Shown here piece by piece: positions 31,401 to 36,119 of a stretch of 64,000 nucleotides of DNA. A model generated the notes under the pieces. It saw nothing but the letters and a program-made list of their open reading frames with translations, did no database searches and was not told where the DNA came from. The stretch's first letter is position 1. Each line of letters starts with the position of its first letter. The position numbers were made by a program, and so were the translations under genes. Origin of the DNA: Trypanosoma brucei. Taxonomy: Eukaryota. Where the stretch lies: positions 352,001 through 416,000 of the forward strand of contig CP000068.1 in NCBI GenBank assembly GCA_000002445.1, read 5' to 3'.

Positions 31401-31602
31401 GAGAGTGCAGCGAAAGCTCGAAATGGATATGATCACGGAGCGGCAAATTGCGGAAGCAGAGCGATCGATTGACCGGGAGTTCGAGGAGTTGTGCCGCCGA
31501 GCCTTAAGCGGCCTGTCTGTAGCTGCGCATTTGCAACAGTTGCGCAGTTCTCTGATGGCGCGGATACGCATGCAAATGGAGGCACAGCGCCCCAGACACT
31601 GA
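13414..31602 (+). CDS. Giant (6062 aa, about 660 kDa) coiled-coil repeat protein. It has an N-terminal PH-like domain, about 10.3 tandem 417-aa repeats, a Ser/Gly/Val-rich linker and a C-terminal coiled coil. It is probably cytoskeletal/flagellum-associated.
   Basis: Uninterrupted 18,189-bp ORF from the first ATG. The N-terminus has a PH-domain-like pattern (…CDRHRLVVWSS…YYYFGVEFTCLYRTEDG…DVQHDLITWLQFL). Residues about 500-4800 are 1251-bp units repeated almost perfectly. The repeat and tail are dominated by heptad-like E/L/R/A/Q-rich sequence. Codon usage and third-position conservation differ strongly from the antisense frames. Confidence 0.8.
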   Translation: MPGLLKWKKRCSPVAMRPSRGLVPSPRKSPSKQRSSAHSAAAGEECYELQAVPSVIPALQAISAVRRAGALMARVMSPTADRIEGELWYIAGEYGPGKGNAAAPQWVTCDRHRLVVWSSWCGQGRIIDTVSFDRLRLILNFSHAHTHKVCQRQAPVTRYSAAKNFSLPSARGSRSPPQTFRRGTTTFARKKKLGAIATGRIRAYGGTSMPRYYYFGVEFTCLYRTEDGRNHRRRRVMMFATDVQHDLITWLQFLSDVEVKKVRETVCGGGSQGTKRARKSKQCMSPNVSYFLNESDCTAVDTSNETSLASSSPLDIDTTMDPAVAPSRASDREVEAPGQSIFSLFSSTVTDPTKSPSPQPIEKEQSEEVISNGSLLDISLHNNEPPQLAARPHTPKKKKASLKKVKKKTYEELRNERMMRENTELKRKNEELKKEIKVATDKITELQRNLQASERTNRYAEEECEHLRDSLLKVEKQKANLAKKLSESTGNEFQLQKQAVELHATLEEQAACIRALSEQITAADAYLRDAEGECGSLAGLLGLSPAEDGGDLGTGSAGLSLSNGALRIAERLRLACSAVHDLEQELKASGERERASIEECDRLRNELQKLESQRSDLEESLNAAEALECALRRQLHESLEEVRSAENALSAAEQALRCIPSGMDQYARDADGGSVSNDDSRELPTLALPARIEGVTRQACEFRDEMYKRHQELLDLVARGVCNEDALARVRELRCAKEAVETELQDTLREAEKRLCVVTACEGVLGETLCSDVVEQRQAELLCALRADVAEACGVSGSHVIDATIADDGSNVTFRVAHPYCVPAAAVLARVDSCAFDRVRRVNKWSCGDSEAVSFAEEDEAEREFVAVGTPAGEAFLARITELSGRFASVNGELRAAEDALAERPAVVVCGLEQRVSETNATVEEQAACIRALSEQIAAADAYLRDAEGECGSLAGLLGLSPAEDGGDLGTGSAGLSLSNGALRIAERLRLACSAVHDLEQELKASGERERASIEECDRLRNELQKLESQRSDLEESLNAAEALECALRRQLHESLEEVRSAENALSAAEQALRCIPSGMDQYARDADGGSVSNDDSRELPTLALPARIEGVTRQACEFRDEMYKRHQELLDLVARGVCNEDALARVRELRCAKEAVETELQDTLREAEKRLCVVTACEGVLGETLCSDVVEQRQAELLCALRADVAEACGVSGSHVIDATIADDGSNVTFRVAHPYCVPAAAVLARVDSCAFDRVRRVNKWSCGDSEAVSFAEEDEAEREFVAVGTPAGEAFLARITELSGRFASVNGELRAAEDALAERPAVVVCGLEQRVSETNATVEEQAACIRALSEQIAAADAYLRDAEGECGSLAGLLGLSPAEDGGDLGTGSAGLSLSNGALRIAERLRLACSAVHDLEQELKASGERERASIEECDRLRNELQKLESQRSDLEESLNAAEALECALRRQLHESLEEVRSAENALSAAEQALRCIPSGMDQYARDADGGSVSNDDSRELPTLALPARIEGVTRQACEFRDEMYKRHQELLDLVARGVCNEDALARVRELRCAKEAVETELQDTLREAEKRLCVVTACEGVLGETLCSDVVEQRQAELLCALRADVAEACGVSGSHVIDATIADDGSNVTFRVAHPYCVPAAAVLARVDSCAFDRVRRVNKWSCGDSEAVSFAEEDEAEREFVAVGTPAGEAFLARITELSGRFASVNGELRAAEDALAERPAVVVCGLEQRVSETNATVEEQAACIRALSEQIAAADAYLRDAEGECGSLAGLLGLSPAEDGGDLGTGSAGLSLSNGALRIAERLRLACSAVHDLEQELKASGERERASIEECDRLRNELQKLESQRSDLEESLNAAEALECALRRQLHESLEEVRSAENALSAAEQALRCIPSGMDQYARDADGGSVSNDDSRELPTLALPARIEGVTRQACEFRDEMYKRHQELLDLVARGVCNEDALARVRELRCAKEAVETELQDTLREAEKRLCVVTACEGVLGETLCSDVVEQRQAELLCALRADVAEACGVSGSHVIDATIADDGSNVTFRVAHPYCVPAAAVLARVDSCAFDRVRRVNKWSCGDSEAVSFAEEDEAEREFVAVGTPAGEAFLARITELSGRFASVNGELRAAEDALAERPAVVVCGLEQRVSETNATVEEQAACIRALSEQIAAADAYLRDAEGECGSLAGLLGLSPAEDGGDLGTGSAGLSLSNGALRIAERLRLACSAVHDLEQELKASGERERASIEECDRLRNELQKLESQRSDLEESLNAAEALECALRRQLHESLEEVRSAENALSAAEQALRCIPSGMDQYARDADGGSVSNDDSRELPTLALPARIEGVTRQACEFRDEMYKRHQELLDLVARGVCNEDALARVRELRCAKEAVETELQDTLREAEKRLCVVTACEGVLGETLCSDVVEQRQAELLCALRADVAEACGVSGSHVIDATIADDGSNVTFRVAHPYCVPAAAVLARVDSCAFDRVRRVNKWSCGDSEAVSFAEEDEAEREFVAVGTPAGEAFLARITELSGRFASVNGELRAAEDALAERPAVVVCGLEQRVSETNATVEEQAACIRALSEQIAAADAYLRDAEGECGSLAGLLGLSPAEDGGDLGTGSAGLSLSNGALRIAERLRLACSAVHDLEQELKASGERERASIEECDRLRNELQKLESQRSDLEESLNAAEALECALRRQLHESLEEVRSAENALSAAEQALRCIPSGMDQYARDADGGSVSNDDSRELPTLALPARIEGVTRQACEFRDEMYKRHQELLDLVARGVCNEDALARVRELRCAKEAVETELQDTLREAEKRLCVVTACEGVLGETLCSDVVEQRQAELLCALRADVAEACGVSGSHVIDATIADDGSNVTFRVAHPYCVPAAAVLARVDSCAFDRVRRVNKWSCGDSEAVSFAEEDEAEREFVAVGTPAGEAFLARITELSGRFASVNGELRAAEDALAERPAVVVCGLEQRVSETNATVEEQAACIRALSEQIAAADAYLRDAEGECGSLAGLLGLSPAEDGGDLGTGSAGLSLSNGALRIAERLRLACSAVHDLEQELKASGERERASIEECDRLRNELQKLESQRSDLEESLNAAEALECALRRQLHESLEEVRSAENALSAAEQALRCIPSGMDQYARDADGGSVSNDDSRELPTLALPARIEGVTRQACEFRDEMYKRHQELLDLVARGVCNEDALARVRELRCAKEAVETELQDTLREAEKRLCVVTACEGVLGETLCSDVVEQRQAELLCALRADVAEACGVSGSHVIDATIADDGSNVTFRVAHPYCVPAAAVLARVDSCAFDRVRRVNKWSCGDSEAVSFAEEDEAEREFVAVGTPAGEAFLARITELSGRFASVNGELRAAEDALAERPAVVVCGLEQRVSETNATVEEQAACIRALSEQIAAADAYLRDAEGECGSLAGLLGLSPAEDGGDLGTGSGGLSLSNGALRIAERLRLACSAVHDLEQELKASGERERASIEECDRLRNELQKLESQRSDLEESLNAAEALECALRRQLHESLEEVRSAENALSAAEQALRCIPSGMDQYARDADGGSVSNDDSRELPTLALPARIEGVTRQACEFRDEMYKRHQELLDLVARGVCNEDALARVRELRCAKEAVETELQDTLREAEKRLCVVTACEGVLGETLCSDVVEQRQAELLCALRADVAEACGVSGSHVIDATIADDGSNVTFRVAHPYCVPAAAVLARVDSCAFDRVRRVNKWSCGDSEAVSFAEEDEAEREFVAVGTPAGEAFLARITELSGRFASVNGELRAAEDALAERPAVVVCGLEQRVSETNATVEEQAACIRALSEQIAAADAYLRDAEGECGSLAGLLGLSPAEDGGDLGTGSAGLSLSNGALRIAERLRLACSAVHDLEQELKASGERERASIEECDRLRNELQKLESQRSDLEESLNAAEALECALRRQLHESLEEVRSAENALSAAEQALRCIPSGMDQYARDADGGSVSNDDSRELPTLALPARIEGVTRQACEFRDEMYKRHQELLDLVARGVCNEDALARVRELRCAKEAVETELQDTLREAEKRLCVVTACEGVLGETLCSDVVEQRQAELLCALRADVAEACGVSGSHVIDATIADDGSNVTFRVAHPYCVPAAAVLARVDSCAFDRVRRVNKWSCGDSEAVSFAEEDEAEREFVAVGTPAGEAFLARITELSGRFASVNGELRAAEDALAERPAVVVCGLEQRVSETNATVEEQAACIRALSEQIAAADAYLRDAEGECGSLAGLLGLSPAEDGGDLGTGSAGLSLSNGALRIAERLRLACSAVHDLEQELKASGERERASIEECDRLRNELQKLESQRSDLEESLNAAEALECALRRQLHESLEEVRSAENALSAAEQALRCIPSGMDQYARDADGGSVSNDDSRELPTLALPARIEGVTRQACEFRGEMYKRHQELLDLVARGVCNEDALARVRELRCAKEAVETELQDTLREAEKRLCVVTACEGVLGETLCSDVVEQRQAELLCALRADVAEACGVSGSHVIDATIADDGSNVTFRVAHPYCVPAAAVLARVDSCAFDRVRRVNKWSCGDSEAVSFAEEDEAEREFVAVGTPAGEAFLARITELSGRFASVNGELRAAEDALAERPAVVVCGLEQRVSETNATVEEQAACIRALSEQIAAADAYLRDAEGECGSLAGLLGLSPAEDGGDLGTGSAGLSLSNGALRIAERLRLACSAVHDLEQELKASGERERASIEECDRLRNELQKLESQRSDLEESLNAAEIPEQILRGHVDSFLCRVFTSLKCLRDVVAGFAVFMCSDVDVDGSPFLSFGQEGTLEKNIDLSLYRLELLVPTIDVLCRGLVGLCRFYEADRLSLMNGLTGLGVEPGGLVLNSVIPCADARRSLSGTLVDIVSAAGDISVVGDFGGNDNSVAEGGTKSLLQAVGVWQTSVEEFSAEEQCSYSKVVAGIVGGFRDEGIAARRALVNVRKALEGKVPCRDDVIDGNVVASQGSDLETSEGREVVRLIAEQRKSVLFALTSLLSSVSADGVERAMRLSKNVPFSDLVLLLRHECVNVSKAFMSLNAIVQEGSNIAIVTSGESGESSQPGSSVTGFTEVKGDNVVPSKTSAAIENVSSPDLAPSQSAGGEGGKLHTGKGPASASDSAMDSTVASAGICAVDGMPSHSTSLSRCPSVAAEDTDERADLLFSLRDFVEAEEASGKPLAIVQQVREHIHARTEELQQLRTAAVKSVETLSGDPLPAGAKPYDVAGALLAAVKTTSDSIGGVHALLSGVTLEEAPAQATRSLKPKAKPQPVGRCNSSIVLSLKRAVLLNPRLAQAGGRRSRESVQMGLSTASRSAGNRSSVSGNSSSGGGGASVGPQKLHELIKAIESKLKIVQHTRDTCSVCLYLLGDKEGGNVPAEELPTRLLLQAQDLFSGLTQIQNLDLGDEDDEPNADDKSSEGNSLVGKPSWITSRLLKVAKVFRSLQYINESMKQREAVAEKQRSFLLLDVNELRNTHAEEKRRLQDMLEGAKVQLRERDLNIKDMQQQNAILRADYDKACAESKHMTLELNDMRGTLDDLQHWLEGVEMAAGVVRRSSAAVWGQICSVEQKLTERLSAFIPTDHGRYRRTSKTNVEEKMEVSLTARETGGEVELVPVSGGKLVVQLVEDSASCLRQCEESLQLLERPLILVPALSEWIKQQYLSLKDNVSHAEEEVRSILRSCYRSAADLLYDKLRAVQRHREAELELDASHARWQGRLRDIEAAHKEHTAVLNRRLATMWDLTTQQDVLRAETARWQACAEAAAEETERLRVLLRAAESREVPQPTEVVKIIEVEPPRAPKPSTREVSIMTDLLIVEEPAVPDYDEATDVLKIRAELSDALEYAKHQADDAARCRSLMQEQLHLLDGGQGAVVDPSLSLGKLIETHKKRLLMHVDERRKLLEAWQTAQHNISRLKQEIDERERQRKKETRELETQIKELRVRVQRKLEMDMITERQIAEAERSIDREFEELCRRALSGLSVAAHLQQLRSSLMARIRMQMEAQRPRH
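14925..27798 (+). repeat. Tandem array of about 10.3 copies of a 1251-bp (417-codon) unit inside the giant CDS. Copies are at least 99% identical.
   Basis: The landmark gaacaggctgcttgcatccgtgcgctgagtgagcaaatt recurs at 14934, 16185, 17436 … 27444, giving a period of exactly 1251 and 11 occurrences. The array ends where …aatgcagccgag is followed by ataccggaacag instead of gcgttggag (27798/27799). Only a handful of point differences exist between copies. Confidence 0.9.
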
Positions 31603-32245
31603 GGCGATAGTAGTAGTGACGGCACTGTGCGGTATTATCCGCAGAGTCATGGACGAATCTGCTGGTTTTGTTCTATGGACTTTTTGTGTCCGTCCATTAA
31701 CTGCCACGATTTCGATTGAACTTCACGTCGCTATGTAAAAAAAAAAAGCCTTTATGTAGCCTGTGAAACAGGGGCGGGGGAGGGGACAGAGCCGTTCCGT
31801 ACTGTAAACAGAGGAAAATATGCAACACACTGTTTCTTTTAGATATTCGTTCAATTTACTTCTATATGTTCTTTCCGAGCTGTCGCGACCCTCCGTCCCT
31901 GAGTCGAAAGCGAATCAACAACAGGGCTATTCTACTCTCTTTTTCTCCATGCCATGCCAACGACTATGTAATATTCGTCTTATTTACTGCATAGCATTGT
32001 GTGGCAGAGCCCGTCAGTCCCACATTTTTTCCCACTCGTTCTCTGCTTAATTGTTCACTGCTATGGCTCAATTGACTACTTCCCCCCTCTGTATTCTCAT
32101 TCTGTTTCAACATATGTTTTGTCCACGCGTTGCCACGCCACTAAAAAGGGAGGAAGAAGGTAGAAGAGAAGGAGGAGAGCGGGCGCGAAGCAAGGTAAAA
32201 AGGGAAATAATCGGAAAGGAGAAAAGGGCCAACTAAGTTAAAAAG

Positions 32246-33184
32246 ATGTGCGGAAAGGACAGCGGTGTCGAGGAGCGGAAGCTTCAGCATCCGCACCGTG
32301 TACAGCAGTTCACCGCAGGGGTTGCGCTTTCTGATATTGCAACCGCAGGTGTAGTAGGTTTCACCGCCGCCATTCCCATTTCCATTGTGGACTACAGTAT
32401 CATGGCTCGCGTTGCCGGCGTGACGAACAGCAGTGGACGTGTGTTATGGGAGGGCATGAGAACACTGTTCCTGCGTCCACACCGCTTTTTCATTCCGTGT
32501 GCAGAGAACAAATGCGCTCCAGTGTTTGGTGCGTGTTTTACGGTATACAGCCTTACATTCTGCACTTCTAACCTTACGAAGAGCTATTGTGAAGCAAAAG
32601 GTTACACACCTGAGCGGTCCAATTTAATCACGGGTTTAGCCGGCGGCGCCACCAACACACTCATGACCATGTGGAAAGATAGCCTTATCCTTCGCATCCT
32701 GCCCCCAGTAGGGGGTGCATCTGCGGGTTCAGGGCGGCCTAAACCAGTGCCGTGGTTGACACGTGGCCTTTTTGTTGGCCGTGATGTCTTCACATGTTTA
32801 GCCGCTTTCACCATCACACCCATGGTGGCAACGTGGTTGACAAATTACTTCTGGAATGCCAAAGAAAATGCCAAACTCACTCAGCCGCGGCCGCTGGAGG
32901 GGAAGACGCATATTCCGCTTGCGACCGTCGACCTCGCGCAGCTCATAACGCCCACAGCACTGCAGACAGTTACAACATTTATGCACATTTTTGCCATTCG
33001 TTACCGCCAGACGTATCCCAACTTCACATTTGGTGATCTTTCAACGAGCTTGCGGGAAACGTACCTCTCTTCGTTGATTCTGCGCATTGTGCGTATTCTT
33101 CCGGCGTTTGGTGTTGGCGGCATTCTCAACCGCGAACTTCGTTCTGATCTTCAGGACCGTGTGGAAGGTCCGGCATACCACTAA
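32246..33184 (+). CDS. Hypothetical multi-pass membrane protein (312 aa)
   Basis: Clean ATG and co-directional with its neighbours. It has several hydrophobic segments (VVGFTAAIPISIV, APVFGACFTVYSLTF, VFTCLAAFTITPMVATWL, SLILRIVRILPAFGVGGIL). No family signature is recognisable by eye. Confidence 0.4.
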   Translation: MCGKDSGVEERKLQHPHRVQQFTAGVALSDIATAGVVGFTAAIPISIVDYSIMARVAGVTNSSGRVLWEGMRTLFLRPHRFFIPCAENKCAPVFGACFTVYSLTFCTSNLTKSYCEAKGYTPERSNLITGLAGGATNTLMTMWKDSLILRILPPVGGASAGSGRPKPVPWLTRGLFVGRDVFTCLAAFTITPMVATWLTNYFWNAKENAKLTQPRPLEGKTHIPLATVDLAQLITPTALQTVTTFMHIFAIRYRQTYPNFTFGDLSTSLRETYLSSLILRIVRILPAFGVGGILNRELRSDLQDRVEGPAYH

Positions 33185-34729
33185 AGTTTCATCCCTGTTT
33201 CGTTTCTTTCTTGGTTGTCTTTTCTGGTATTTTACGTTGTTTCCGTTTTCCCACTTTGTGCTCTTTTTCTTCTTTTCCCCCTTTTTTGACTTTTTGTTTG
33301 TTTGTTTCCTCTCCTGTAGTCGGTCCTCCCTTTTCCCTTTACGTAGGTCTCAATTTGGCTACATTTACGCGGGACAACTTTTGGGTTAGTTGGTTAGTGC
33401 TACACGCATTTGGTCGGGAGCAATTTCTTTTCTCATCCCTCCCCTTTCTTCTCATCGCACATTCGAGATCTTCCCTTTTTTGTTTTCAATTATCGTTTCT
33501 CTCTCTTCTATTCTCTTTGTGTTTGCGTTTGTGCATGTGCTTGTATGTCTCCTCAAAAACACGTAAACAAATAAGTAAATATATATAAACGATATGTATG
33601 CAGCTTGGTATTTTTGTTTTATCGTACGTTATATGCTCCTCATTACATGTCAAACACAGAGGCCTTCATCCGTAGGAATACAAACCCCGCTTGCACGCGC
33701 TTTTTTTATTTATTCGTTTCTTCCCTTCTTTCATTTTTACCTCATTTTTGCTTCTTTTATTTTTAGTTTACATCTGCATGCCTGACTCAACTCAACTCGG
33801 CTCAGGCTCCTCTCAAATGTTACATTTTTTAATTACAATTTGTAGCCTTAAAAGTTGCGAATAACATGCGGGAGTCGTCTTTCCTTTTCTTCCTGCATCT
33901 GTATGGGGGAATGAATAACTAAGAGTTTTTTGTTTTTGAAAAGAGGTGAATAAAATAAATGGGTGAGTGAAGAGGACACGACAAGGAGAAATAAAAAGAG
34001 AAGGGGGAGGAACGAACGAATGAACGAAAAGGAGAGGAAAGGAGGGTGAGTGAGTTAACAATTGTGTGGGGAAACGCGAAAAATTTGCCACAGATTACTG
34101 TTATGACTGTATAATTATTCGTTTGGTGATGGATGATCTTGTGATTGTATAAATATACAATATATGTATATTTAAGTGGGTAAACAAATGAATAAATAAG
34201 TATGTATGTGTGTGTATGTGTGTGCCGCTTCTGACATAAGTGGTGGCTGTGGGAGTCACCATTAGAGAAATCGCATTCGATTTCAAAGGGGGCGGTATTT
34301 AAAAAAGAAAAGAAAAGGGGAAGAGGGTGGTAGAAGTATAGTGAAGTAAAAGAAAGAAACAAAAGCAACAGCATCGGGTAACAAATAAGAGCAGTAAGGA
34401 CAAAATGTCGCATTCGCGAGTAAACAAATAGGAATGATTGAGTAAGTGAATATGTTCTTGTTTTCCTGTTTTGCATGGATGAATGGTGGGTGGCAGGACG
34501 GGGGAGGGAAATTTTTTTGTTTTCGTTTCCCTTCTTTTCTCCATCACATTTCCCCCTACTCGAATTATTGTTATCATTATTATTGTTATTATGTTGTCAT
34601 TCATCACTTATTTTGTGGTGACGCATATGCGTGTGCGGCCATGTGGTGGTTGTTTTTTTTTTTTTACTGTTTTATGACAATCAGTTCTCTTTTTTCTATA
34701 TTTTGAAACTGTGACATTGAGACAACAAT

Positions 34730-34730
<1 letters not shown>

Positions 34731-34760
<30 letters not shown>

Positions 34761-34802
34761 TATATATATATATATATGTACGTTCTTTTTCTCTCTCTCT
34801 CT
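34731..34802 (+). repeat. Compound microsatellite (CA)n(TA)n…(CT)n
   Basis: cacacacacacacacacacacacacac cta tatatatatatatatat … ctctctctctct. Confidence 0.9.
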
Positions 34803-35939
34803 TTTCGTCCTCCCGATATGTTTACGTTTTGTCTCTTTATGTTGTGTTTGCCGCACTTTCGCCGTTTCGTAAATCGTTGCAATATATTTGGGGTATTGTT
34901 ACTGTAGTTTTAATGTGATGTAATAAAATATGATATATTTGTATATGCATATATATGTATGTATATATGTGTGTGTGTCGATATTTTGATAATTGTTAGC
35001 TGGCAGCCGTCTAATCGTGGGAATGAGTGAATGAGTGTGTGATGCTATATTGGACATATCTTTGTAATAAAGATGATAATAGCAAAAAAGTACGAGGACG
35101 TTATTGGCGTGTGGTTATTAAAGCGTTTCAGGAACAAGGAGAGAGTACACGCACAAAAAAAAAAAAGACAATAATAATACTTAGTTAGGGCTTTTAACCG
35201 AGTGACGTTGAAGGGTGGAGGGGAATGAATGGGATGATGCGGAGCCGTCACATTTTATGCCGTAATTTGGTCTTGGCAACAACATTGCATCCCAACCTTT
35301 TCTTTTCTTTCCCCTTCATCTTATCTCATCTCATTTTATTTTATTTTGTTGTTTTCCAACCCCTCCCCTTTGGGATTTCATATGTATGAATAAAAATTTT
35401 TGTGCTTGTGTGCGTTTGCATGTGTTTTCGTTGAGGTATTGTATTGTGGTATGTCTTTCCTCGATTTTATGCGCATGAAATTTTTGTTGTTTTTCTTGAT
35501 GTTGATCAATAAATGGTGAGACACGGAGAGATGAAGTGCAGTCGCGAATGACTTCGGCATGTTACGTTCTAGGATTTACTTCTTTTTCTCACTTTCATTT
35601 CTTCACAGGTGACTGCTCTCGGGCATCGTTTTTGTTACTGCCGAACAGCGGAATTTTTTTTTTTCTGATTCGGGTGGTTTCGAGGGTAGGGAAGTGCGTT
35701 GTGCAGGTCGGCGACGGTGTGGCTGAGGCGCTCAAGACAAAACGGAAAGAAAAAATGATAATAAATGAGGCAAAAATACGAAGAAAAAAAAGTAAAACAA
35801 AAGGAAGAAAATATCGGCGGTGCGACACGTAAGTGATGCGTAAGTGAGTACGGTGTCATCTCCGCATCGAAACAACGAAGCGTTTCTTCGAGTCGAACAG
35901 ACAATATAACATTCCCCTTCTAACTAACCTACAACTAAC

Positions 35940-36060
35940 AACTTGTTTATACATTTTTCTGTTTAATTTTTTTTATTTTTCGCCCACTTTCATCTCCATT
36001 TGTTTTTTTTTGTTTTTCAATTTCTTCGGATGCACATTCGCACTACCACTCCAGTTCTCA
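35940..36060 (+). promoter_or_regulatory. Polypyrimidine tract upstream of the kinase gene
   Basis: ttgtttatacatttttctgtttaattttttttatttttcgcccactttcatctccatttgtttttttttgtttttcaatttcttcgg. The ORF-track start at 36000 is a TTG inside this tract. Confidence 0.4.
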
Positions 36061-36119
36061 CTAGCTTAACGTCTTGTAACTTTGGAACTGCCTCTTTAGG
36101 GGATACATCGCCGTATTGC

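Noticed and set aside
32246-33184. Assigning the 312-aa membrane protein to the sideroflexin/tricarboxylate-carrier or mitochondrial-carrier families
   Set aside because: Only vague compositional resemblance (for example an NSSGR segment). It lacks the mitochondrial-carrier Px[DE]xx[KR] signatures and the sideroflexin HPDT-type motif, so it is left as hypothetical.
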